DNA from: Candidatus Zixiibacteriota bacterium
GTDB lineage: Bacteria > Zixibacteria > MSB-5A5 > CAIYYT01
Length of the DNA: 27,118 nucleotides
Assembly (NCBI GenBank): GCA_040235515.1
Contig: JBECKX010000051.1
Location: 1 to 27,118 of the forward strand
Reading direction: 5' to 3'
In this document: positions 8,804-17,629 of the stretch, piece after piece
Numbering within the stretch: the first letter of the stretch is position 1
Layout of the letters: each line of letters starts with the position of its first letter
Translations under genes and position numbers: made by a program
The notes under the pieces: generated by a model
What the model was told of the DNA's origin: nothing
The model's input: the letters and a program-made list of their open reading frames with translations, nothing else
Databases searched by the model: none

Positions 8804-9021
8804 CATGACGGCAGAATAGCGCTCGACCCGAGTTGACCTGGGTCGTAAAGAGATTAAAATCACTATGTTTCAGAACGGCACAGAAGCCGTAACGCCATAG
8901 TTACTAATGGTTTAACCAATCCGGGTATGGGATTCCCCCCATACTTCCCGCCAAATTTGCTCAATTTTCCTCTCGTCTGTTCCGATTAACCAATATAGAC
9001 GGACCGTAAAACCGAAATAAC

Positions 9022-9050
9022 TTGACAAGGTAATTGTGTCACGATATCTT
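9022..9050 (+). promoter_or_regulatory. Sigma-70 promoter TTGACA-N17-TATCTT for the M23 peptidase gene
   Basis: Perfect -35, 17-bp spacer, near-consensus -10. Confidence 0.65.
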
Positions 9051-9216
9051 CGCCGAACGCTGGTTATGGGGGATGATTTCGGGCACAAGACATTTCGTCA
9101 ATCGCTTGATTAGCCTTGAACGAGGCGCGGTTCTCGAGTGTAAGAGAACTAAGTTGTGAGAACACAATCGGGGGAATTGACACGACCGCGCCTGAAGACA
9201 CAAGACACGAGAGGTC

Positions 9217-10125
9217 ATGAAAAAAAAGCTATCGGTATTTATAGTTCCCGACTCAGGGGACGTGCGACAATTCTCGCTTACGAAGCCGCTGATCTTTGCG
9301 GCGCTGGCGGGGATCATTGTCTACCTCGGTTTGTCCGTTGGATTCTCATACGGATTCTTCACCACTAAAATTGAAGCACACAAGATCGACGAGCTGACTC
9401 GCGAGAATCAGTTCCTGACCGCCAAAATCGATGAATTCAACCAGTCGATCGAGGGGTTGCAGGTAGAATTGGCCGTCCTCACCGAAAAAGAAAAAGCTAT
9501 TCGAACGATATTTGAACTCCCCGAGATAGATCCCGCCGAGCGCCAGCTTGGTATCGGTGGGCCCAATATGCTCCCGATGGAGGAGGAGATTGTCCCCAGT
9601 CGCGTTTCCGCCTATCAATCAGAGGCTGAACTGGATCGCCTGCTGGCAGTCACCGAGTTCGAAAAAGAGCAGTTTGATGATGTCTATCAGGCGCTGCTGG
9701 ACAAGAAGGCCGATCTGGACCATACGCCATCGATTATGCCGACTAAAGGCTGGTTGACACGCGGGTATGGAACCAAGCGCGATCCCTTCACGGGCGAGCA
9801 GAAGCTGCATGCGGGAATCGATGTCTCGAACCGCATCGGCACGCCGATCCTGGCGACGGCTGACGGGCAGATCATCCAGGTCGAACGGCAGCGGGGCCTT
9901 GGCAAGATGATCAGAATCGATCATGGCAACGGCTTTGTGACCGTGTATGGCCATCTCTCCGAGTTCAAAGTCAAGAAGGGGCAGCGAGTGAAGCGCGGGG
10001 AAGTTATCGCTTTGATGGGGAATACCGGCTATTCAACCGGTCCGCACCTTCACTACGAGATTTTCAAAGATGGCAAGACTATCAATCCGATGAGTCATGT
10101 CGTCACCTATGCTAACAATAACTAG
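9217..10125 (+). CDS. M23 family (LytM) peptidoglycan endopeptidase with N-terminal TM and coiled coil
   Basis: HAGID (HxxxD), YGHL and STGPHLHYE (HxH) motifs are intact. Confidence 0.95.
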   Translation: MKKKLSVFIVPDSGDVRQFSLTKPLIFAALAGIIVYLGLSVGFSYGFFTTKIEAHKIDELTRENQFLTAKIDEFNQSIEGLQVELAVLTEKEKAIRTIFELPEIDPAERQLGIGGPNMLPMEEEIVPSRVSAYQSEAELDRLLAVTEFEKEQFDDVYQALLDKKADLDHTPSIMPTKGWLTRGYGTKRDPFTGEQKLHAGIDVSNRIGTPILATADGQIIQVERQRGLGKMIRIDHGNGFVTVYGHLSEFKVKKGQRVKRGEVIALMGNTGYSTGPHLHYEIFKDGKTINPMSHVVTYANNN

Positions 10126-10578
10126 TAGCGCAGAATCCGGCATTCAGGCCTGGCGCGAACATTTTCCTGGCAAAACACCCCAAACAACAAACTGCTGCAC
10201 CGAGTGTGCACTGAAATTATCGATTTAGGCGATCTACAAAGCGATTGACTGATTCGCTCAGAACTAGTACCTTTGAGATAGTCACAGCCAGCGATCAAAG
10301 ATTGAATCGGCCCCGCAGGGAGTGGAATCCTTCTTCCACCGCACAGCAAATCGGCAGAGGGCCGGAAAGCAAAGAGAAGCAACGCTTTATTCGCTGATCG
10401 CGCTTTGCATGTACGTTCCGATTTATTGCCCAAGAGCGGTAAAATCCGGGGGAAACAGAAACAAAACTAGGCCCGTCGCCGAAATTGTCTCATTTGCGGA
10501 ACAGTTGGACGCTATCCGTGTTTAAGATGATGATGGCACCAAGCGGTCTATGTTTAACAGAAATGGGATGAGAGGCGA

Positions 10579-11277
10579 ATGATGAGAAATACAAAAAAAT
10601 CCAAGAGTAAGAAGCTGTTAGACGACGACTTTGAATTGAATGATTCTGAGCAGGCTGCACAGACTGAGCAGGATCAGAACGAAGCCGAAACTGTTGAGAT
10701 CATCAAGCGCGTACAGGGCGGTGAGAAATCCGCTTTTGGCGAGCTGATGAAGAAATACAAGAATCAGGTGGCGGGTATCGCCTACCGCATGGTTGGCGAC
10801 TATGACGAGGCAAAGGATGTCTCGCAGATGGTCTTTGTCAAGACCTCCCGCAATCTCGATCGCTTCGATACGACCAAGAAGTTCTCAACCTGGCTGTATC
10901 GCATCACGGTGAATGCTTCAATCGACTACATCCGGAAGCAGAAAAAGCACCGGCATGAGGCGATCGACAACTACACCGATTCAGTAGAAACCCATGGTGA
11001 TTCACCAGACACCAGTCTCTATCGGAAGAACATTAAAGAATGTATCCTGCAGGCAGCCGACGCGCTGAATGACAAGCAAAAAGCTGCGTTCCTGCTGCGC
11101 GACATCGAGGGACACGAGATCCAGGAGGTCTCGGAAATCCTCGCCATGCCTGAGGCAACCGTGCGCTGGTATCTCCATCGGGCACGTCTCCGTCTGCGAA
11201 AGGAACTGGTTCGCAAGTACCCCGCCTTTGTGAAGAAGGCCGGTGTCGTGCTTGACCAACCTGCGCGCTCGTTCTAA
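10579..11277 (+). CDS. ECF sigma-70 factor with an N-terminal extension
   Basis: DVSQMVFVK...FSTWLYRITVNASID (region 2) and EVSEILAMPEATVRWYLHRAR (region 4). Confidence 0.93.
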   Translation: MMRNTKKSKSKKLLDDDFELNDSEQAAQTEQDQNEAETVEIIKRVQGGEKSAFGELMKKYKNQVAGIAYRMVGDYDEAKDVSQMVFVKTSRNLDRFDTTKKFSTWLYRITVNASIDYIRKQKKHRHEAIDNYTDSVETHGDSPDTSLYRKNIKECILQAADALNDKQKAAFLLRDIEGHEIQEVSEILAMPEATVRWYLHRARLRLRKELVRKYPAFVKKAGVVLDQPARSF

Positions 11278-11319
11278 GCAGCTAGAAGAAGATAGATTTT
11301 CGTATTAACCTCCCGAGTG

Positions 11320-11357
11320 ACCGACGCGGCTCAAAGAAGCCGCGTCGGTTTGTTTTT
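11320..11357 (+). terminator. Rho-independent terminator
   Basis: 12-bp stem ACCGACGCGGCT/AGCCGCGTCGGT followed by TTGTTTTT. Confidence 0.85.
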
Positions 11358-11407
11358 GGGGGAATGTCGGCGCCGGCTCGATCGGTCGATGCGATCCTCT
11401 GTGCACA

Positions 11408-13294
11408 CTAATCAGGCAGAGGAGGTGAGGCTGGAACCCTCCCGCGCAGAATACCTCCGCTCTGCGTTGACACCAGGATAGTACCGGGAGCATCCTCCCA
11501 GACCGCACGAAAATCGTGATTACTATTTGCCGCCTTGTACCAGGCAAGCGCACCGTTGTACGAAACGAAGAACCCCTCCCTGGTGCAGAGGAAGAGAAGA
11601 TTGTTTGCACCGACCAACAGAGATCTTGACCAGGGATTGTCGAGACCAACATTGCTCTTCTTCCAGTTCGAACCGCCATCATCACTACGAAGGACACCGA
11701 CGCCCGACTGGCCAATCACAACAGCGCTCTCAGAGATGAAGTGAAGCTGATCGACGAACAGGTCCTCGAATTCAGGTGATTGAGTAACTCTCCAGTCCTC
11801 TAAATCCTCAGTCAGGTAGAGCTGTTGCCAGCCACCGACTATTGTCTGACGAGCGGGACTGAACGAAATCGAACTGGCCGGATCAACGGGAATGTCGAGG
11901 CGTTCCGGTTCTTCGTCAAACGATTCGATTCGATAGACCAGCTCACCCGACGCCATCAGCGCATAGAGAACTCCATCGTTATCAAGCGAGAGATAGTCGA
12001 CGGGATGCACGCCACCCTCGATCAATCGTCGATCCCACGACAGCTCAGATTCATCAAGCCTGTATATGCTGCCGTCATCACCGCCGGTGAATATTGATCC
12101 GTCGGGGGTTTCTACGATGTTTGTCAGATTCAAGGTTTGGAGCCCGGCAGTGATCGCCTCCCAGGTAGTACCATCATCATCGGAATACCAGGCGCCGGCT
12201 CCGGTGGTAGTTGTGAAGAGCCTCCCGGAAGCGGAGCGGATCAATCCGTCGGTGGCGCAGGTCGCGTAGGAAAGTCCGTCATTGATTAGTCTGTCGAAAT
12301 CTCCGAAAGAATACTTACCGACACCTGCCGTTGCATAGCCGGCGTAGATATCTAAATTCGAAGTCTCAGTAAGCGCATAGATCACCCCTGAGAGACTCAC
12401 TCTCGTAGCCCGCACCCAGCGGTCATCAACTATCGACTCCCAGATTTCCCCGTCACTGGTGGCGAGCAGATACCGAGACTCATTTCGCGGCACCACGACC
12501 GTCACGATACCGGCAAACTTCGTGAAATCTACCCAGGTAGCTCCACCGTCGGTCGACCGCAGCGGCACTTCACCGGTTCGCGTCACCATCAGTCTCAAAC
12601 CATCTCCAAAGGCAATAATCTGTTCCGATATCCCGTTTCCCGCTGCAACAAGCTGTTGCCAGCTTGAACCCCAGTCGGATGACTTCCACACACCCCCCTT
12701 ACGCGAGAGCGCATACATATTGTCTGAGTCATCGATATCGACCCCGAAAATCCGCTCACCGAAATCATGCAACAGTCGCCACTCGAGGCTTTCTGCTTCG
12801 CTACTATAAATACCCCGGTCTGTAGCCGCGAAAATCATCCCGGTCTTGCTGAAGTAGAGAATCTCGTTAACGGCGCCCAGGGCGGCTTGAACATTCCAGC
12901 TGCGGCCCAGGTCGGTCGAGCTTAGAATCCCCTCGGTATCTGCAGCGAGGAGCAACGTCGGAGAAATCTCTTCGAAATCGCGAACGCTGGAGTTCCCGCG
13001 AATCCGTTCCCAGGTTGAGCTTTGAGACTCAAGTCTGTAGATCGCGGCATCAATGTTAGCCACCAGCGAACCATCGGAGAGAGCCAGCAGTTCATACACA
13101 GTGCCGGCGTGGGGACCGCCACGCTCCTCCCAGTTCAAGTCGAGTGTCGTCACATTTCGTGAAGGATCTGATGGAGAACTGCTGCAAGAACTCAGAACCG
13201 TAGCTGATATCAATGTCAAAACCAGTACCTTGACCACTCTCAGTACTGGCCTGCAGCGGGGGGAAGTCTTGATTTGATAAATGGAGTTCAACAT
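11408..13294 (-). CDS. Lipoprotein with BNR/Asp-box repeats (YCF48/VPS10-like beta-propeller)
   Basis: Lipobox LSSC; Asp-boxes STDLGRSW, SSDWGSSW, STDGGATW, SDDDGTTW, SDDGGSNW. Confidence 0.85.
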   Translation of the reverse strand: MLNSIYQIKTSPRCRPVLRVVKVLVLTLISATVLSSCSSSPSDPSRNVTTLDLNWEERGGPHAGTVYELLALSDGSLVANIDAAIYRLESQSSTWERIRGNSSVRDFEEISPTLLLAADTEGILSSTDLGRSWNVQAALGAVNEILYFSKTGMIFAATDRGIYSSEAESLEWRLLHDFGERIFGVDIDDSDNMYALSRKGGVWKSSDWGSSWQQLVAAGNGISEQIIAFGDGLRLMVTRTGEVPLRSTDGGATWVDFTKFAGIVTVVVPRNESRYLLATSDGEIWESIVDDRWVRATRVSLSGVIYALTETSNLDIYAGYATAGVGKYSFGDFDRLINDGLSYATCATDGLIRSASGRLFTTTTGAGAWYSDDDGTTWEAITAGLQTLNLTNIVETPDGSIFTGGDDGSIYRLDESELSWDRRLIEGGVHPVDYLSLDNDGVLYALMASGELVYRIESFDEEPERLDIPVDPASSISFSPARQTIVGGWQQLYLTEDLEDWRVTQSPEFEDLFVDQLHFISESAVVIGQSGVGVLRSDDGGSNWKKSNVGLDNPWSRSLLVGANNLLFLCTREGFFVSYNGALAWYKAANSNHDFRAVWEDAPGTILVSTQSGGILRGRVPASPPLPD

Positions 13295-13435
13295 CGTATA
13301 CTCGGGGGATAGTTGATTTAGTTGCTACTATAATAATACAAGCAGTGGACGCTGAAAGCGAAGTTTTTTGCTGCCGGGAAAGGATTCGATTCCGGTAAAT
13401 CGATAAGGCTAAACTCAGTAGGAAAGAGATTAAGC

Positions 13436-14470
13436 GTGGAAGCCAGATTGATTGAAACCTTGCAGAACAAGAGAGCTGAGCTCAGGGTGGGAATTGGTGC
13501 CTACCGAAAGTGGCTCACACGATTTACCCTGTGTCTAACATTTGCCCTGTTATCCATGCCACAAACGGGTTCAGGTCAGCAGGCAGGGCAGACGGGAACC
13601 GGTATCAACACCGACTCCCTGATGGCGGTAGCCAACGGCTACCTGCAGGCGGAAAGCTGGCAGCAGGCGGCCGATGCCTACAAGCAGGTAATCAAGGCTG
13701 ACTCAACCAACCTCCAGGCACGATTTTTCCTCGGGCAGAGCGAATATCGACTGGGCAATTATGCTCAAGCTGTAGCGGCCTGGGAGAAGGTCGATGCCGC
13801 CGGCTATCGGTCGCAGACCACCCGCTATAATCTGGCCATTGCGTCGATCAAACTGGGCAAAATCGAATCGGCGTTCACCTGGCTGGCGCAGGCACTCGAG
13901 GCGGGCTTTGATCGAGTCGATATCCTGAAATCTGACAAGGAACTCGATACACTGCGTGTCGATGACCGCTGGGATACGATTCTCACGCGTGCAGATCAGA
14001 ACGCGCGCCCCTGCATCTATGAGCCCGTTTTCCAGATCCTCGACTTCTGGGTGGGGAAGTGGGAGATCTACGCCGGCTCCAACCAGAAAGTTGGCGAGAG
14101 CGTGGTGCAGAAGAAGGTCGATGGCTGCGCACTCGTGGAGGACTATACCCAGCCCGACGGCTTCAATTCTGAGACGATCATGTACTACGAGCCTTACTCC
14201 GACGAGTGGCGCATGCTCTGGATTACCGGCAATCCGATCGCCCTGGGCGGAATCAAGGAAAAAGTGCTGGTGACAGTCTTCGATACCGGCGCGATGCGTT
14301 TCCAGGGCGAACTTCCGGCTCCCGAGGGGGGGAAGTACTTCGATCGCACTACGATCACTCCGCAGGGAAGTGACCGGATCAATATGCTGGTGGAGCAATC
14401 ACGCGACGGCGGCGAAAGCTGGGACGTGACTTTCAGAGGCTACTACCAGAAAGTGAAAAAGGGACAGTAG
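13436..14470 (+). CDS. Exported TPR-repeat protein with a C-terminal beta-barrel-like (DUF1579-like) domain; start codon uncertain
   Basis: TPR motifs (WQQAADAYKQVI, YAQAVAAWEK, YNLAIA...AFTWLAQALEAGF); C-terminal LDFWVGKW...W...SRDGGESW. Confidence 0.75.
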   Translation: MEARLIETLQNKRAELRVGIGAYRKWLTRFTLCLTFALLSMPQTGSGQQAGQTGTGINTDSLMAVANGYLQAESWQQAADAYKQVIKADSTNLQARFFLGQSEYRLGNYAQAVAAWEKVDAAGYRSQTTRYNLAIASIKLGKIESAFTWLAQALEAGFDRVDILKSDKELDTLRVDDRWDTILTRADQNARPCIYEPVFQILDFWVGKWEIYAGSNQKVGESVVQKKVDGCALVEDYTQPDGFNSETIMYYEPYSDEWRMLWITGNPIALGGIKEKVLVTVFDTGAMRFQGELPAPEGGKYFDRTTITPQGSDRINMLVEQSRDGGESWDVTFRGYYQKVKKGQ

Positions 14471-14532
14471 GGGGACAGGGAAGCGATGCTGTCTCCGAGC
14501 GGCTGAGGCCCCATCTCAACCTGCCGGGTTGA

Positions 14533-14931
14533 TTACTTCAATCGCCTGAGCCAGCTACCGAGGAAACCGCCCACCAACGCGGCCGGGAGAGTCATCAAGA
14601 CAGCTATCACAAGTTCAAACGGCCAGAGATTGTGCGAAGTAGAGTCCTGGATCACTTCCACTACGACCCTGATCATCACTGCCGTTGGCCCTGCGCTTCC
14701 GACAAAGGCGGCGTAGAGCAGCGATTCGCGATAGTCACGTACCGCGACGATAGCCGCGATTAAAAAGCTGGTCACAGCAAAGGGAAGAAACAAGCTGGAG
14801 AGGTCCAACTCGGAGTAGGCCGGCAACCACCAGAAATAGCCAAGGACCAAAGTCGCGACGGCCAGGGCGATCCACGCCCGAGTCCTGGAGAAGTTGGTCT
14901 TACGCTTTGGGGCAGATGGCGTGGGAGGCAT
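14533..14931 (-). CDS. Small four-TM membrane protein of unknown function
   Basis: Hydrophobic segments and an SHNLWPFE motif; starts 4 nt after the GNAT stop. Confidence 0.75.
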   Translation of the reverse strand: MPPTPSAPKRKTNFSRTRAWIALAVATLVLGYFWWLPAYSELDLSSLFLPFAVTSFLIAAIVAVRDYRESLLYAAFVGSAGPTAVMIRVVVEVIQDSTSHNLWPFELVIAVLMTLPAALVGGFLGSWLRRLK

Positions 14932-14935
14932 GGCG

Positions 14936-15535
14936 CTAACGCTCCTTTCTAACGATCCACCGAGCAGCCGTTGACTTTTTTACTACTTTGAATCCAGCCG
15001 CCTTGAAGGCTGACGGCACACCAGTGTAGGCGAACGTATCAGGCATCGTCTCATTCCTGGGGACGACCGGGTAGCCCTCGACGACATCAGCACCCTGGCT
15101 GAACGCATACTCTGCAGCGGCACCAAGCAGGGCGTAGGCAACTCCGTTGCGGCGATGATTCTTGTCAACGAAGAGGCAGACAACCGACCAGACCGGTTTG
15201 CTATCAATTGGTTTGAGCGTGCGGCTCGTCTCGAATCTGACGAATTCTTTTCGTGGCCCCACTGAGCACCAGCCAATCGCTTGTTTGCCTGAGTAGGCGA
15301 GAATACCGGGAGCGTGGCCTTTTGATTCTACCAAGTTCTTCAACTGCTTCCGATTGGCTGTCCCTTTGCCTTTTTCGAAGTCAGGGCGGGCAAGTCTCCA
15401 CCACATACACCAGCAGCCGGCACAGGCACCACGCTCACCGAAGAGTAGCTCGAGGTCTTTCCAGCGCGATTTGGTGGCAGGGTGGAAGGTGAGTTGGCCT
15501 CCACCCGGGTTTGGATTCAGCTTTTTTTGTGGCAT
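14936..15535 (-). CDS. GNAT family N-acetyltransferase (ATG at 15535 preferred over TTG at 15556)
   Basis: CWCMWWR, GWCSVGPR, acetyl-CoA motif CLFVDKNHRRNGVA, EGYPV and FKAAGF. Confidence 0.9.
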   Translation of the reverse strand: MPQKKLNPNPGGGQLTFHPATKSRWKDLELLFGERGACAGCWCMWWRLARPDFEKGKGTANRKQLKNLVESKGHAPGILAYSGKQAIGWCSVGPRKEFVRFETSRTLKPIDSKPVWSVVCLFVDKNHRRNGVAYALLGAAAEYAFSQGADVVEGYPVVPRNETMPDTFAYTGVPSAFKAAGFKVVKKSTAARWIVRKER

Positions 15536-16150
15536 AGTTGAAAAGAAATCTGGCAAAAAATCTGGATTGAGTCAATCGATTTTGCGAGTACTTCCGCCAG
15601 TAAGACTGTATCTCCGAGACGAATTGGCGTTCTGGCAAGCGACCAGCGACCAGAGTCTGTTGCGGTATCAGCGCCCCGCAGCAAGCTGTGGGGAACCGGG
15701 TTCTTTCGACTCTAAGCGGTTTGACGAGTGAAGATCGTATTGAAATAGTTAGCAGAGGTGAGTACAAAGCACCAGGCGATTCATGGACTCCGATCGAGCA
15801 TCATTGAGTGGACCAAAGGGATATTCAAGATAAGCCTTCCGAATTGCAGACTGAACTTCACGTGTATCAGAAGTTCTCTACAGTCCCTAGTTGACAACTT
15901 GTGGGCAGATTAGATGGAATTTAATTGACCTGCACATTTGTGTCGGTTAAAGTTGGTAAGGGTGGAGTGATGGCTGCCGGTAGCGGAAGTTTTTAGTCCT
16001 GATTGGAATCTGAAGACTTCCCTGCGTCGTGGAGACAGACGGCAGTTTGCACGAAGCTATTGTTCTCGGCTTGGCTGAACTGGCGGATTATCCGCTCCAA
16101 GCGTACGTTTCAAGGATAACTTGATACTCAAATCAAACCAAGAGGTCAAT

Positions 16151-16291
16151 ATGGCTAAGAGACAGGTTTCGACTCGCAAAGTTGGACGCGACGCCGAGAC
16201 TGGACGGTTCATACCGGTTGAAGATGCGAAGCGAAGAAAAAGGACGGCGATCGTCGAGACAATCCCCGTCCCTAAGAAACGCAAGTCCTGA
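16151..16291 (+). CDS. Small basic protein with a 'GRDAxTGRFI' motif (46 aa)
   Basis: MAKRQVSTRKVGRDAETGRFIPVEDAKRRKRTAIVETIPVPKKRKS*; GAGGT at 16142-16146. Resembles a widespread family of uncharacterised small proteins (from memory). Confidence 0.75.
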   Translation: MAKRQVSTRKVGRDAETGRFIPVEDAKRRKRTAIVETIPVPKKRKS

Positions 16292-16405
16292 AGCGAGGAA
16301 CAGCGTTTCATCAAACATCTGGAGGCTCTAAAACTAATAGCTATTTCCACTGCTCTGGGCCGTTGCAGCGGCCCTAGTCTCGAGCAAGCAAGGAGGTGAT
16401 GTTAT

Positions 16406-16564
16406 ATGGCACATACTGGCAAAAAGTGTGACCGCTCTGGAATCTACCAGAGCAACTGCTCACACAAGATCCAGATCGCCCTTAGCAAAGGCGATACGTT
16501 TCCACCCTGCCGGGAAGGAAACCACGGTGTTAGCTGGACGCTCCTAAGAGCGACACATAACTAA
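16406..16564 (+). CDS. YjzC-like small protein (52 aa), possibly metal-binding
   Basis: MAHTGKKCDRSGIYQSNCSHKIQIALSKGDTFPPCREGNHGVSWTLLRATHN*; strong RBS AAGGAGGTGAT at 16390-16400; pattern G-x-K...G-x-Y...L-x-K-G-D-x-F-P-P...W. Confidence 0.8.
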   Translation: MAHTGKKCDRSGIYQSNCSHKIQIALSKGDTFPPCREGNHGVSWTLLRATHN

Positions 16565-16598
16565 CAACTTCTGATTGGGTTTAGAGTCCTCCGACATC

Positions 16599-16631
16599 TG
16601 ACAACGCCCCCAATCTTCGGGGGCGTTGTCA
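16599..16631 (+). terminator. Terminator-like hairpin after the small ORFs
   Basis: Perfect 13-bp stem TGACAACGCCCCC/GGGGGCGTTGTCA with a 7-nt loop, followed by TATT. Confidence 0.75.
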
Positions 16632-16780
16632 TATTAACAAGATGTTACCGCTTCTGTGGTACGTCGTCAAGAGAAAAACTCTGATCTGAACCCGATTGGC
16701 ATAGTTGGCGCGGCTTCCGTGATTCTCAACAGGTGGATGGTCGAAATGATCCGTTAACGTCCGGCCTGCCCACAAATCCC

Positions 16781-16809
16781 TTGACAATTTCCCCTCCTGC
16801 TCGTACAAT
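16781..16809 (+). promoter_or_regulatory. Sigma-70 promoter of the rpmH operon, TTGACA-N17-TACAAT
   Basis: Perfect -35, 17-bp spacer, one mismatch in the -10. Confidence 0.85.
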
Positions 16810-16847
16810 ATCAGGCTCTGGATTTGAATATTACGATTTGAGGAGAT

Positions 16848-17006
16848 ATGAAGAGAACATTTCAGCCGTCCAGACGTAAACGCGTCAATGATCATGGATT
16901 CCGCAAGCGGATGTCAACCCGCGGTGGGCGGGACGTGCTCAAGCGCCGTCGGCGTAAGGGTAGAAAGCGTCTCACCGTTTCCGACGAGCCAGCTGCAAGA
17001 CGATAG
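16848..17006 (+). CDS. rpmH: 50S ribosomal protein L34
   Basis: [58 protein letters not shown] upstream; absent from the ORF track. Confidence 0.98.
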   Translation: MKRTFQPSRRKRVNDHGFRKRMSTRGGRDVLKRRRRKGRKRLTVSDEPAARR

Positions 17007-17379
17007 AACTGCTGCTGACGCTGTTGATAACAGCTTCGGCAGAAAGCACCGGCTCGCCGATTTTCGCATAATCAGGCGGGCAAAGCGCTTCGGGAGTAAG
17101 CACCAGACGGAGCACTTCGCAATTGCAGCGCTCCCAACCGGTGCGGAAACCACCCAATTCTGTCTGCAGACCCCTCGTCGGCTCGGTACCGCTCCGCAGC
17201 GGAACCGGATGCGACGCCTGTTACGTGAATTCCTCCGGACGCACAAGGAATTGTGGCCAAGACAATCAGCCGTGATAGTAGAAGTCAAATTGGCGTTTCC
17301 CAATGCCTCCCTCGCAGAGATTACGCCTGAGTTGGCCGGGGCATTCACCGAAATGTTCAATCAAGATTCTTCCCAATGA
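16888..17379 (+). CDS. rnpA: Ribonuclease P protein component; start codon uncertain (all candidates lie inside rpmH)
   Basis: N-terminal FGRKHRL motif, RNR motif [18 protein letters not shown], and position between rpmH and yidD. Confidence 0.85.
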   Translation: MIMDSASGCQPAVGGTCSSAVGVRVESVSPFPTSQLQDDRTAADAVDNSFGRKHRLADFRIIRRAKRFGSKHQTEHFAIAALPTGAETTQFCLQTPRRLGTAPQRNRMRRLLREFLRTHKELWPRQSAVIVEVKLAFPNASLAEITPELAGAFTEMFNQDSSQ

Positions 17380-17609
17380 ACTTCTCGATCAATCAGTTCC
17401 TGGGAAAACTGCTGGCGATCGCAGTAAAGCTTTACCAACTCCTGCTTTCGCCGATTCTCCCCAATACCTGTCGCTTCTATCCATCCTGTAGCGAATATTC
17501 ACGTGAAGCATTGACCAAGTATGGGATCTGGCGCGGGACGCGGATGACATTTGGCCGCATCTGGCGCTGTAACCCGATGAATCCGGGTGGCTACGACCCT
17601 GTCGAGTAA
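17376..17609 (+). CDS. yidD: Membrane protein insertion efficiency factor YidD
   Basis: [17 protein letters not shown] and [13 protein letters not shown]. Confidence 0.97.
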   Translation: MNFSINQFLGKLLAIAVKLYQLLLSPILPNTCRFYPSCSEYSREALTKYGIWRGTRMTFGRIWRCNPMNPGGYDPVE

Positions 17610-17629
17610 ACCTGGTGGAGTGAAAATAG

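Noticed and set aside
8558..8836. 92-aa ORF in the track
   Set aside because: TTG start without RBS; overlaps the better-supported 46-aa ORF and the hairpins.
13703..14398. 231-aa minus-strand ORF
   Set aside because: Antisense to the TPR gene; composition reflects reverse codon bias.
15749..15877. Protein-like minus-strand stretch (EVQSAIRKAYLEYPFGPLND) as a pseudogene
   Set aside because: Short, bounded by stops, with no start or RBS ahead of the protein-like part and no recognisable family.
15899..16775. 10-bp inverted repeat TTGTGGGCAG/CTGCCCACAA as transposon ends
   Set aside because: Too short to exceed chance over about 1 kb; no transposase or flanking duplication.
17495..17510. parS-like ATATTCACGTGAAGCA in yidD (and a similar site at 15854-15869)
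   Set aside because: Four to five mismatches to the consensus.
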